Position numbers and translations under genes: made by a program
The notes under the pieces: model-generated
Seen by the model: the letters and a program-made list of their open reading frames with translations, nothing else
Told to the model about the DNA's origin: nothing
Database searches by the model: none
Assembly: GCA_963422615.1 (NCBI GenBank)
Contig: OY730414.1
Span: 1,410,302 to 1,474,301 of the forward strand
Origin: Longimicrobiales bacterium
Lineage (GTDB): Bacteria; Gemmatimonadota; Gemmatimonadetes; Longimicrobiales; Gaopeijiaceae
Direction: 5' to 3'
DNA: 64,000 nucleotides
Part shown: in pieces, positions 10,407-20,089 of the stretch
Layout: every line of letters begins with the position of its first letter
Position numbering within the stretch: position 1 is the first letter of the stretch

Positions 10407-10849
10407 CGGGGTCGGGCCTCGAAGGCGTCTCCGGCCTCTCGGCTTCTCCCCCGAATGCGGTCGCCACCATTCCCCTCGCAAAGAACACGATGAGCGGCAC
10501 CCCCGGGGTGGTGAGAAACGCCGCTCACGGTCCCGTTCGTAGCGCTCTTCCGCCCTTGGGGAACATTCGGCTCCAATGAGGGTGTAGTGAGTCCAAACCG
10601 TCGTGCCTATTACTGCACTGCTCAACCGCACTGCGCGACCGACAGAGGAAGCGGAACAACTGGGTCACCGAGATGCCGTCACCGACATCGTGGCTGAATT
10701 GACTGGGGGCTCGGTATGGGCCACCTTCCAGCTGTTGCGGGCGCAGGGGAAGCACCGAAAGGGTGCGAGGACCGCGCCCGGTGGCCTCCTCATCAACCCC
10801 CTTACTCATTGACTCCCTTGATCAATTCTCCATTGAAAGGAAGGAATGC

Positions 10850-13606
10850 ATGATCGGACGCGGATGCATGATCCTCGCTCTGTTGGCGATGCCGGCGAAG
10901 GGTCTGGCCCAGATGGCAACGATCGAAGGAACCGTCCGCAGTGGCGACAGCGGGATGGGACTTGGCAACGCCCGGGTCGAGATTCCCGCCCTTGGGCTCG
11001 CGGAATACACGGGCGCAACGGGCACCTTCTCGATTACCGGCGTTCCAACGGGAACCCATGCCCTCGAAGTTCGGCTCCTCGGATATGGACTCCAAACCCA
11101 AGCCGTAACCGTGGCCTCGGGCCAGACGGTCAACGTGGACATCTCCCTCGGCCTGGCGGCGTTCGAGCTCAATGAGCTGGTGGTGGTTGGAAGCCGAACG
11201 CCACCGCGCACCGTCACGGAGTCGATGGTCCCGGTGGACGTGATCCCAATCTCCGAGATCGCCCGCCAGTCGGAGACCAACATCGACTTCCTGCTCCGGA
11301 CGGTGGTGCCATCCTACAATGTGAACATGCAGCCGATCAGCGACGCCGCGACGGTCACCCGCCCGGCCAACCTGCGCGGCTTGGCGTCCGACCACACCCT
11401 GGTGCTGCTCAACGGAAAGCGACGCCACCGGGGCGCGGTCATCACATGGCTCGGCGGAGGCCTCTCCGACGGCGCCCAGGGGCCCGATATCGGGTCCGTC
11501 CCCGGCATCGCGCTGCGGCAGGTGGAGGTGCTGCGGGACGGCGCCTCGGCCCAGTACGGTTCGGATGCCATCGCCGGGGTGTTGAACTTCGTCCTCTCCG
11601 ACGACCGGTCCGGCGGTAGGGTTGAAGTGAAGCAGGGCAGCTTCTACGAGGGCGACGGCGACGCACTGGCCGTGGCCGGCAACTTCGGCGTGCCGCTCGG
11701 GGAGTCCGGCTTCGCGAACATCACCGTCGAGTACGGCAACCAGGATCCCACCGACCGGGCCATTCAGCGGGGCGACGCGGCGGGTCTGATTGCGGCCGGA
11801 AACACGGCCGTCCGCACGCCCACCGCCCAGGTCTGGGGCTCGCCCAAGGTCACGGACGACCTGAAGGTGTGGGTGAACACCGGGTACACCTTCGACGACG
11901 ACGAGCAGGCGTACGCCTTCGGCAACCTGGGAACCAAGGAGGTCGACGGGGGCTTTTTCTTCCGCAATCCTAACACCCGGGGCGGCGTGTTCAGCGGGAA
12001 CGGCGGCGAGACGCTGCTGATCGGGGACGTGCTTGACGCCATGGACGGCGTGAACGACGGCTCGGCCAACTGCCCCGTGGTCAACATCGTGAACAACGTG
12101 CCGGATCCGGTCGCCTTGAAACAGGTCTTCGACGATCCCAACTGCTTCTCCTTCCAGGAGATGTTTCCCGGAGGATTCACGCCGCAGTTCGGCGGCAACG
12201 TTCTTGACGCGTCCGTGGTGGCGGGCATCAGGGGCCGGACGGACTCCGGTGTCTTTTGGGATGCCTCCACGAGCTACGGAAAGAACCTCGTCGACTTTTT
12301 CATCTACAACACGGTGAATGCGGCCCTGGGCCCCGCGACTCCCACCCATTTCGACCCCGGGCTCTACAATCAGGAAGAACTCAACTTCAACCTGGATCTG
12401 TCCTACGAGATCAACGACCGGGCGTACCTGGCGGGTGGGTTCGAGAAGCGGGAAGAGCGCTTCGAGATCGGACAGGGGCAGGACGAATCCTGGAGGATCG
12501 GGCCGTATGCGTCCCAGGGATTCAGCTCCTCTTCGAACGGATTTCCCGGCTTTAGCCCGCTCGCGGCAGGCAACTGGCGCCGCAGCAACACCGCCGTCTA
12601 CGGGGACCTGAACCTGGGCGATGTCGCTCAGGACAGGTGGACCCTGGGCGTGGCCGGGCGGTACGAGGACTTCTCGGACTTCGGCGGCAAGGCCACGGGC
12701 AAGGTGTCTGCACGGGTCGAAGCCAACGATCGGTTCTCCTTCCGGGCCAGCGCAACCACGGGCTTCCGGGCTCCGACGCCCGGACAGCAGAACGCCTTCA
12801 ACGTGTCGACCGTGTTTGACGCGGAGATCGGCGACTTGGTCAACCGTGGAACCATCCCCTCGACCTCGGCCGTGGCGGGGTTGCGCGGAGGAAAGCAGCT
12901 TGAGCCCGAAACGTCAGTCAGCTTGGCTGGCGGGGTCGTCTACGAAGGTGGTGACCTGCGGATGACCGCGGACTACTTCCGCGTGTCGATCACCGACCGC
13001 TTCGCGCAGACCAGGACCTTCAAGCTCACGGACGACGAGGTGGCGCGGCTCATCTCGGAGGGCATCACGAGCGCCGGTAACCTGGCCGAATTCCGCTTCT
13101 TCACGAACGACTTCGCGACCCTCACGCAGGGAATCGACTTCGTCGCCAACTACGCGCCCGAACGTATGGGCGGCAACACGGCCTTCAGCCTACTCTTCAA
13201 CTACACCGGCACCGAGGTCACGGAACGGAACCCCGAAGTCGTGGACGACGACCGGGTGTACCAGCTCGAGCAGTCGCTTCCGAATTTCCGCAGCTCTCTG
13301 AGCGCTTCGCATCCGTTCGGCCGAGTGCGAACCCTCCTCAGGGGCACGTACTACGACGGTTGGTACGATGTTGGCGACGAGCGCGACTACACGGGCCGCT
13401 TCATCGTCGACGCCGAAGCCTTGATCGAGCTTTCCGGCAACGCGTCCATCACGATCGGTGCGCAGAACATTCTGAACACCTACCCGGATGAGAGCCCGAA
13501 CGCCCTGAACGTGGGAGCCCGCTACCCCGAGAGCACTCCCTTCGGGTTCAACGGTGGCTACTACTACGTTCGCATGAACTACAACTGGCTGTGGGAGACG
13601 CGCTGA
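10850..13606 (+). CDS. TonB-dependent receptor
   Basis: purine-rich RBS; LRGLASDHTLVLLNGKRRH and VEVLRDGASAQYGSDAIAGVLNFVL plug motifs; IGAQNILNTYP C-terminal box. Confidence 0.93.
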   Translation: MIGRGCMILALLAMPAKGLAQMATIEGTVRSGDSGMGLGNARVEIPALGLAEYTGATGTFSITGVPTGTHALEVRLLGYGLQTQAVTVASGQTVNVDISLGLAAFELNELVVVGSRTPPRTVTESMVPVDVIPISEIARQSETNIDFLLRTVVPSYNVNMQPISDAATVTRPANLRGLASDHTLVLLNGKRRHRGAVITWLGGGLSDGAQGPDIGSVPGIALRQVEVLRDGASAQYGSDAIAGVLNFVLSDDRSGGRVEVKQGSFYEGDGDALAVAGNFGVPLGESGFANITVEYGNQDPTDRAIQRGDAAGLIAAGNTAVRTPTAQVWGSPKVTDDLKVWVNTGYTFDDDEQAYAFGNLGTKEVDGGFFFRNPNTRGGVFSGNGGETLLIGDVLDAMDGVNDGSANCPVVNIVNNVPDPVALKQVFDDPNCFSFQEMFPGGFTPQFGGNVLDASVVAGIRGRTDSGVFWDASTSYGKNLVDFFIYNTVNAALGPATPTHFDPGLYNQEELNFNLDLSYEINDRAYLAGGFEKREERFEIGQGQDESWRIGPYASQGFSSSSNGFPGFSPLAAGNWRRSNTAVYGDLNLGDVAQDRWTLGVAGRYEDFSDFGGKATGKVSARVEANDRFSFRASATTGFRAPTPGQQNAFNVSTVFDAEIGDLVNRGTIPSTSAVAGLRGGKQLEPETSVSLAGGVVYEGGDLRMTADYFRVSITDRFAQTRTFKLTDDEVARLISEGITSAGNLAEFRFFTNDFATLTQGIDFVANYAPERMGGNTAFSLLFNYTGTEVTERNPEVVDDDRVYQLEQSLPNFRSSLSASHPFGRVRTLLRGTYYDGWYDVGDERDYTGRFIVDAEALIELSGNASITIGAQNILNTYPDESPNALNVGARYPESTPFGFNGGYYYVRMNYNWLWETR

Positions 13607-13684
13607 GCCGCATGGGCAGCCGCCAAACGCGGGAATCGGTCGGCTGACAGATTGGCCGGCCGCATGACCGGTTGGCGCAACCCG

Positions 13685-13720
13685 GACCCCGGCGGGCTAG
13701 GAAACTTGTCCGCCGGGGTC
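13685..13720. terminator. strong hairpin between convergent genes (probable terminator)
   Basis: GACCCCGGCGG pairs with CCGCCGGGGTC, GAAA loop; no U-tract. Confidence 0.45.
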
Positions 13721-13778
13721 AACCCGACTGGCCGCTGTCGGGCACGCCCAAGTCGGCCGCCCCTCGGGACCCCACCCC

Positions 13779-14585
13779 TCACCAGACGAACGGGGCCAAA
13801 CTCATTCTGGAATTGTTCAGGCGCTCGATGAACCACCGCGTATAGACCCGCAACTCTCCGGACGTCGGTCTCAAAATCCAATCCATGGAGTGGATCTCCT
13901 GGTGGTTGAGGAGCTGGAGCTCTTGCATCCCCCCGAGAAGCGGGCCTTCGTCAAGGTAGATGGCGATGGGAGCGATTTTCCCCCTGCGCAGGACGCATTG
14001 TTCGTGACCACATGCGACAATGGGGGCCCGGGCATTTCGCCTGAGAACCGCCAGCGGATCCGGATTGACCGCCCTCGCGAATTCTTCAGCATCCAGGGTG
14101 ACAACCCGAAAGGGGACTCGGTGCCGGCGCCGGACCAGGAGCCGTTCCGCCCGCGTCCGGACCCGGAAGCCCTCCAGAGCCACCGGGTCGGGGGCTAGCC
14201 GGATGTGAAGTCCGTTGCCCTGGGATACGGTGACCGAAGCATCCGTCGGGTGATATCCTAATTGCTCGACCGCGACGTCCCAGGTTCCCTGGGGAAAATC
14301 GGTGAAGGAAAAGTCGCCGTTCACGTTGGAAAACGCGTACCGGCTCAACTGGGGGAACTTGATCACCGCGGCGATGACGGGACCCTCCGTGAGACCGTCC
14401 ACGACCCGGCCCGTCAGGGTGAAGGTCGGTGGGAGAGAATCGGCGGATGGGGGAGCCCGCTCCTGGCCCACTCCCTCCCCAGCACCGGCGCTTGCGAGCG
14501 CCGTCAGTACCCCCCAGCCCGCGGCAACCCGCAGAGATCGACGCGGGCGCAGGGGACCTTGCCCACCCAGGGACCGGTGAGGCAT
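13779..14585 (-). CDS. carboxypeptidase-regulatory-like domain protein with degenerate plug-like C-terminus
   Basis: signal peptide; LTGRVVDGLTEGPV..SNVNGDFSF..EQLGY; AIYLDE..EIHSMD..LRVYT. Confidence 0.7.
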   Translation of the reverse strand: MPHRSLGGQGPLRPRRSLRVAAGWGVLTALASAGAGEGVGQERAPPSADSLPPTFTLTGRVVDGLTEGPVIAAVIKFPQLSRYAFSNVNGDFSFTDFPQGTWDVAVEQLGYHPTDASVTVSQGNGLHIRLAPDPVALEGFRVRTRAERLLVRRRHRVPFRVVTLDAEEFARAVNPDPLAVLRRNARAPIVACGHEQCVLRRGKIAPIAIYLDEGPLLGGMQELQLLNHQEIHSMDWILRPTSGELRVYTRWFIERLNNSRMSLAPFVW

Positions 14586-14602
14586 GGCGACCTGCCTGCT
14601 GC

Positions 14603-15469
14603 CTATCCTTCCTGGCCCACCGCCGCCCGAATTTGCCGAACCGCCGCCGCTACGCGCATGTCCATCCCGACGCTGCCATACTCCGCCGATGCTCGGGTTG
14701 GGTCGCCGGACACGCCGCTTCCCTCGAATCCGCCGCCCGGCTCCCGCGCGTCAAGGCGTATGTGCTCCGGCGCGACGTAGAGCAGAATGGAAGTGTCGGA
14801 TATCCCGGCGTGGCGCCCGATGGTTTCCTCCGTCTCACCTTGCTCCATGAGCCAGTCCCTAAAGCCGTTGGCCGCATAGTAGTCACCGATGAAGTGGACC
14901 CGGGCGCCTTCGCCGTTCCACGCTTCGTTGAGGAGGGATGCGACCGCTTCCATCCCCCGCTGGTTCCCCCCGCTGTCGCCGATAAAGACGATGTCGGTGA
15001 AGCCGTGCACCCGGAAACTCCGGGCCGCGTACTCCACCAGCTTCATGAAGTACTCGTTGGGCAGGGTGATGGTACCGGCATAGCGCATGTGACCCGACGG
15101 AGGATCGACGTCGCCTTCGGGCACGTAGGTGACGGTCGGTGCGACGAGCGCGTTGCCCAGCTCCCGAGCGATCCGGTTCGACGCCTCCTTGATAATGTAC
15201 CGGTGCTTCCCCATGACCATATGAGGTCCGTTCTGCTCGGTCCCGGCGGTGGGCAGGATGACCGTGGTCTTTCCACCATCAATGGCGTCTCGAATCTCGG
15301 TCCAGGTCATCTCTTCAATGAAAACGGTGTTGACTTCCTGTTCCTGTGAGTCGGCCGCACCGATCCGGACATCCCTGTCGGCTCCGCTCTGTCCACCGTC
15401 GTCCGCGGCAGGAGCACAGGCCCAGGCTCCCAGCCCCACGAATGTCAGGGTCGTCTGGAATAAACGCAT
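14603..15469 (-). CDS. creatininase-family protein with lipoprotein-like signal
   Basis: IEEMTWTEIRDAI, PTAGTEQNGPH, GTITL, HAGISDTS, GVSGDPTRASAEYG; GGAGG upstream of ATG 15469. Confidence 0.85.
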   Translation of the reverse strand: MRLFQTTLTFVGLGAWACAPAADDGGQSGADRDVRIGAADSQEQEVNTVFIEEMTWTEIRDAIDGGKTTVILPTAGTEQNGPHMVMGKHRYIIKEASNRIARELGNALVAPTVTYVPEGDVDPPSGHMRYAGTITLPNEYFMKLVEYAARSFRVHGFTDIVFIGDSGGNQRGMEAVASLLNEAWNGEGARVHFIGDYYAANGFRDWLMEQGETEETIGRHAGISDTSILLYVAPEHIRLDAREPGGGFEGSGVSGDPTRASAEYGSVGMDMRVAAAVRQIRAAVGQEG

Positions 15470-15699
15470 TTCTTGCAAACCTCCATCAAATCTGGCGGGA
15501 ACGGTAAGATTGACTTTGATCCTGCCCTCCGTGGCCTCCCCGGCGCAAGCGGGACGAGTAAAGATCGGAGTGGACCCTGATCCGTCCCAGAGCCCTTGAG
15601 GTCCGTGGCCCCCGGGGCAGGGATGACCGGGTGAGGCGAGGTCCGAAAAGGCGCTGGACGTCCCCCCAAGAGCCGATGTCGGCAAGGGGAAAGGCGGGT

Positions 15700-18081
15700 T
15701 CAGAAGCGCGTATCCGTCCGCAGATGAAGCGCCCAACCGGGCTTGCGCCAGACGTCCGGTTCTTTTGCCAAGACGGGGTCTTTCCACTGGGCCAGCCCCC
15801 GTGCCACGTCTACCCGGATGAGGCCTTCCATGAAGGAAACCCCAAGGCCCGCCGACCGCAGGCTTTGGTCGCCAGATGCAGCCCAGTCCCCGAAAAGGGC
15901 CAAACGCAGAAGCGGGACGGAATACTGGATCTCGGCTCTGACTTTCTGCACCGCTTCTCCCGAAAGAGCGCCGGAGGGGTAGCCCCGCAGCCATTCACCG
16001 CCTCCCCCGAGACGCCAGAGATCGTGCGGGGATGGGTCGCCCCACAGGCGGGCAGCTCCTGCCTCCGCCGCGACCAGAAGGCGGGCACTCAGGGAAATCA
16101 AGAGCGCACCCGTGAGCGAAGCTTTCGCGGCTGGATTGTCGCCCAGCCACCCTTCGAGCGCTGCGTTCCCGCCGCCGCTCCATGAGCCGTATTGACTTCG
16201 GCCCCACCAGGGCTTCCAAGAAGCAAGCCCCCCCGCCCGCATTTGCCGGGTGGGGGGTGTCCCTGTGAATCCGCCGACCTGAAGCTGTCTTTCGGCAAAC
16301 AGGGTCAGGGATCCCCAGAGGCGCTCGTCCCGGGACGGGAGGAGCTGGAGTGCGACCCCAGTTGCCACGTAGTAGTCGGCCGGGTCCGCCGCAAAATTGA
16401 GGGGAGCGATTCTCCGGCGTTCGCCAAGCGGGGTCCTTTGTCGAAGGGCGTGGTACAGGGAGAATCGGTGCCGCCGCCCCGGATAGCCGTAATCCAGCGT
16501 TAGATCGACACTTGGCTCCCTTCGCAGGGTCCCGGCCCGCAGAGTTGCCACCCCGGTTCCCTTCGCCAGCCGCCGTCGCAGGCGGGTTCCCACCGACAGC
16601 CCTTCCACCCGGTTGTAACGAAGAAGCCGCAGCGTCCACAGGGGCGGCTCGAAAGCCCACGGGCTCCTCCGGCCCCTGGCTCCTTCTTGAGGGTTCCCGG
16701 CGGCTCCGCTGTCAGCGACGGTTCGCGCTGCCCCCCTGAGGAGCGCATCGTCTTGCGGAAAGTCCGGGTGCGGATGCTGAATCGGCGGGGGTAGCCCCTC
16801 GTTAATCGCTAGGGCAGCGCGGTTGCGGGGGATGATTGTGATGGTCCGGTTCGGCCCGTCTGTCGGCCCGGTTCCGAAGTCGATGCTGTCGCCGTCTTCA
16901 CGCCAGCGTTCGACCACGCTCCGGGCCGTGGCTGGGGGAAGACCCCCGGTCTCTGCGCTTTGAACCTCTTCTATCGTAAAGGTCCAGTCGCGAATGAACG
17001 GCAGGATGGAATTCGGACTGTCAAGGTCGGTTTCGTCCCCGCTCCTCAGGTATCCGGCGACTCGGACGCTCCGGGGAAGCCAGTGACTCAGCTCCCACAG
17101 CGTGTAGTCCGCAACCACCGAGGTAACATCCATCTCCGTCGGGGGCATCAGATTGTTGACGATTCCATCCAGGAATCGGTCCAGGCGCCCCCTGTGCCGG
17201 TCGGACGCCGAGAAGGTTCTGCCGGACTGGACCCGGATCGCTTCCTCGGACCCTTCGTCTTCGGCGCCGTCACCAGGATCGATCCGGAGGGCTGGGGGCC
17301 AGCGCTCCTCCCCGGTTACGCTCCACTCGAACTCGGAATCGATCTTCTTGGACAAGCGGTAGACGGTTCGGGCGAGGCCGTAGGATTCGGGCTCAATCCA
17401 CATCACTGCGGAAAGCAGCTGGACGCTTCGGAAACGGGGGGTCGCGGTGACGGCCACGACCTGGACAGAACGGTTGCCCGGCAGCGCCAAGGAAATCGTG
17501 TCGCCTGAGCGGAACTGGTAGTCGCGCTCCGATCCGGCTTCCAGAGGACTCCGGAGAAAGGTTGCCATGGTGGCACGGGAGTGGGGGAGCACACTGGAAA
17601 GCGCGAAGTGAAAGGGATCCTGAAGCGGATTGGCCGCATACCTGGCTGCGATACCCTGGAACAACCCGCCGATGGGCAAGCCCGCAAAACGTACCCGCGA
17701 TCCGAGGACCCGCACGACATTGGGTTGGTCCTGGAACCAGCGCAGTCTGGAGACGTGCTCCCCGCTCATGAGGGGGTAGGACCGGCTGGACGCTGTGGCC
17801 GCAACAGCGACCCGTTCCTGAACCACGGCCTTGTAGGAGAGAATCTCCGCCAGGGAGGCGTCGCGGGCCGCCCTGGCCCCCGTGATCAGGCGGCGAGCGG
17901 TTTCGTCCAGGTACGCATCGTCCGGCTGTGCGGCCGCAAGACCGGGAAGAACGCTGGCAAGCAGAAAGCCCGCGCAGACGCCAACGCGCCGGAAGAAACC
18001 GGCGCGGAAAACCGGGGGAGCTAGGGGCAGATTCGGGAACCTAGATACAGATATCGCCCCGGGTTCATCCGGTCGGCGCAA
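15700..18081 (-). CDS. large exported/outer-membrane hypothetical protein with C-terminal beta-barrel-like strands
   Basis: signal-like region ending AAAQ; LRYNRVEGLSVG motif; amphipathic strands, terminal Phe; start uncertain (TTG 18081). Confidence 0.65.
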   Translation of the reverse strand: MRRPDEPGAISVSRFPNLPLAPPVFRAGFFRRVGVCAGFLLASVLPGLAAAQPDDAYLDETARRLITGARAARDASLAEILSYKAVVQERVAVAATASSRSYPLMSGEHVSRLRWFQDQPNVVRVLGSRVRFAGLPIGGLFQGIAARYAANPLQDPFHFALSSVLPHSRATMATFLRSPLEAGSERDYQFRSGDTISLALPGNRSVQVVAVTATPRFRSVQLLSAVMWIEPESYGLARTVYRLSKKIDSEFEWSVTGEERWPPALRIDPGDGAEDEGSEEAIRVQSGRTFSASDRHRGRLDRFLDGIVNNLMPPTEMDVTSVVADYTLWELSHWLPRSVRVAGYLRSGDETDLDSPNSILPFIRDWTFTIEEVQSAETGGLPPATARSVVERWREDGDSIDFGTGPTDGPNRTITIIPRNRAALAINEGLPPPIQHPHPDFPQDDALLRGAARTVADSGAAGNPQEGARGRRSPWAFEPPLWTLRLLRYNRVEGLSVGTRLRRRLAKGTGVATLRAGTLRREPSVDLTLDYGYPGRRHRFSLYHALRQRTPLGERRRIAPLNFAADPADYYVATGVALQLLPSRDERLWGSLTLFAERQLQVGGFTGTPPTRQMRAGGLASWKPWWGRSQYGSWSGGGNAALEGWLGDNPAAKASLTGALLISLSARLLVAAEAGAARLWGDPSPHDLWRLGGGGEWLRGYPSGALSGEAVQKVRAEIQYSVPLLRLALFGDWAASGDQSLRSAGLGVSFMEGLIRVDVARGLAQWKDPVLAKEPDVWRKPGWALHLRTDTRF

Positions 18082-18721
18082 AGCAGTAGAACAGACCGTT
18101 GCCGCCCGTGCCCTGGAGGTTCTGCTGACTGCACCCTCGAGAGGAGTGGGCCGAATTCCACGACGTGGGGTTCTGGCCTCCACCCTGGCGGTCGTGGTGA
18201 CCCACCCGGGTGCTTCCGTCCCCGTTGCTCATCCAGTTCTCGCAGTTGTCGTAGTCTTCAGCGGTAAACGCGGTGCCGTCCACGTTGGAGCCGGTAAGGA
18301 TGTCGTGCATGTTCGGGCTGTCGCCGCGGCCGTTCACCGGGTCTCCCTTTTCGGTGAGGATCGTTTCCTTGGTAAGGTTGGCGTCCTCGGAGTGCAGTTC
18401 GTCCACGGTGTTGGCGACAAGCACCCCGCCGTGATTGTACCAGGGACCGTCACCGATCCGGTCTCGGGCGTGGACGGCGGCGTTTCCGGCTTCGTCAATG
18501 GTGCTCAGGTATGCCTTCCACCCCATGCCGCCAGCGCCCTGGGCGTACGCCAGCGTTTCACAGTGAAGGTCGGCGCCTTCCAGACCGCCCAGGTTGGCCC
18601 CGTCCCCCGGTCCCTGGCTGGTAATGAAGAAGTTCATCTGGGCGCTCTGGCCCAGGATGGGGACGGCAAGCAAGAGGGTGCCCAGAAGGGCGAAGGATAC
18701 AACAGTCGGGACGTGCTTCAT
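18065..18721 (-). CDS. secreted endostatin/C-type-lectin-like protein
   Basis: signal peptide; FFITS..GANLGGLEGADLHC, WKAYLST, ARDRIG.GPW, ILTGS, NCENW, terminal LFYCF. Confidence 0.8.
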   Translation of the reverse strand: MKHVPTVVSFALLGTLLLAVPILGQSAQMNFFITSQGPGDGANLGGLEGADLHCETLAYAQGAGGMGWKAYLSTIDEAGNAAVHARDRIGDGPWYNHGGVLVANTVDELHSEDANLTKETILTEKGDPVNGRGDSPNMHDILTGSNVDGTAFTAEDYDNCENWMSNGDGSTRVGHHDRQGGGQNPTSWNSAHSSRGCSQQNLQGTGGNGLFYCFAPTG

Positions 18722-18738
18722 GATTGGCCGGTCCTTAT

Positions 18739-18772
18739 ATGTGGTTACGGGTCTTGTGCAATGTGGTTACGG
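18739..18772. promoter_or_regulatory. 12-bp direct repeat (22-bp period), candidate operator of lectin-like gene
   Basis: ATGTGGTTACGG at 18739-18750 and 18761-18772, adjacent to AAGGA RBS on minus strand. Confidence 0.5.
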
Positions 18773-18809
18773 AGATCCGGTTGTCGCCGGGGTCGCTTTT
18801 TTTTGGGGG

Positions 18810-19988
18810 TCAGTTACCGCTCCGGCTGGGCCATGGAGCTCCCTGGTTCAGGGCTGTAACGGGTCCCACACCCTTGAAAACGAACTTCTGGACGCGCTTC
18901 CCCTCGTAGGTTTCGGTGGTGTAGATGTTGCCCCGGGAGTCCGTGGCGATGCTGTGGACGGCGAAGAAGAGACCGGGCTGGCGGCCCCCGTCCCCGAAAG
19001 TAGTGAGGATTTCCAGGGTTTCGCGCTCCATGACGTAGACCTTCATGTTCTTCCCGTCCGCCACGTACATGTATTTCTGTTCGGGGTCCCGGGAGAAGGC
19101 GATGTCCCACGTCGAGCCGTCGCCCAAGGTCATGGGGGCGATGACCTTCTCGGCGACAAAGGTGCCGTCGGTGCGGAAGACCTGAATCCGGTTGTTGGCC
19201 CGGTCACAGACGTACACCAAGCCGTCGTTGGACGGATCCGCGCAATGCACGGGGTTTCGGAACTGTTGCGCCGGGGGGGCGTCCGGGTCGTAGCGGCCCA
19301 AGTTTTCGTCACTGGGCTCATTTCCGTAGGCGCCCCAGTACCGCTTGAACTCACCGGTGGAAACGTCCAGAACGGCGACCCGCTTGTTGCCGTATCCGTC
19401 CGCCAAATAGGCTTCGTTTGCGGCCGCGTCGAAGGAAACCTTGGCGACCCGCCCGAAGTGCTCCCGGCTGTTGCTGTTTACCGCAAGGCCCGCTTGGCCG
19501 ATCTGCATCAGGAAATCGCCGCTGCGGCTGAACTTCAAAATCTGGGAGTCGTTGGCGCCGTTGCCACCAATCCATACGTTGTCCATGGGGTCAAGCGTGA
19601 TCCCGTGGTTCGACTGGGGCCAGTCGTACCCGTCCCCCGTCCCGCCCCAGCTGTTGACCAGGTTTCCCTCCGGGTCAAACTCCAGGACGTAGGGGGCAGG
19701 GAGGCAGCATTCCCCGGTGGGAGGATCCGTTGCGGCCCCGATCTCCGTCCGTTCGTTCAGGGGCGCCTTTCGGTGGATGATGAACACGTGGTCCCGGGAA
19801 TCCACGCCTACCCCCACGACCGAGCCTAGCACCCAGTGGTTGGGAAGGGGCTTGGGCCAGAAAGGGTCAACTTCGAAGATCGGCGCCTCGGCGGCGCTGG
19901 CGGAGGCCCTTTGAAGACGGCTTTGGCCAAAATAGACGATGCCGGCGGCCATCACCAGAACCGTGCCGAGAATCAGGTTGCGCTTCAT
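18810..19988 (-). CDS. NHL-repeat beta-propeller, PAL (alpha-amidating lyase)-like
   Basis: EVDPFWPKPLP, ADGYGNKRV, VCDRANNRIQVF, HSIATDSRGNIY. Confidence 0.85.
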   Translation of the reverse strand: MKRNLILGTVLVMAAGIVYFGQSRLQRASASAAEAPIFEVDPFWPKPLPNHWVLGSVVGVGVDSRDHVFIIHRKAPLNERTEIGAATDPPTGECCLPAPYVLEFDPEGNLVNSWGGTGDGYDWPQSNHGITLDPMDNVWIGGNGANDSQILKFSRSGDFLMQIGQAGLAVNSNSREHFGRVAKVSFDAAANEAYLADGYGNKRVAVLDVSTGEFKRYWGAYGNEPSDENLGRYDPDAPPAQQFRNPVHCADPSNDGLVYVCDRANNRIQVFRTDGTFVAEKVIAPMTLGDGSTWDIAFSRDPEQKYMYVADGKNMKVYVMERETLEILTTFGDGGRQPGLFFAVHSIATDSRGNIYTTETYEGKRVQKFVFKGVGPVTALNQGAPWPSRSGN

Positions 19989-20089
19989 GAGTGAGCTCTC
20001 CAGATGGTAAGGATGCATTCTTGCTGCTTCGGGGCAAAGTACGAAGCAAAGCGCTTGTCTGCCATGGCCGTCGGTTGCAGGGTGGGTCC

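Noticed and set aside
10407..10849. Cobalamin, TPP or glycine riboswitch
   Set aside because: Core consensus elements not found by eye; kept only as low-interest leader.
14603..15469. Mycofactocin or other RiPP cluster around the creatininase
   Set aside because: No radical SAM, RRE or precursor gene nearby.
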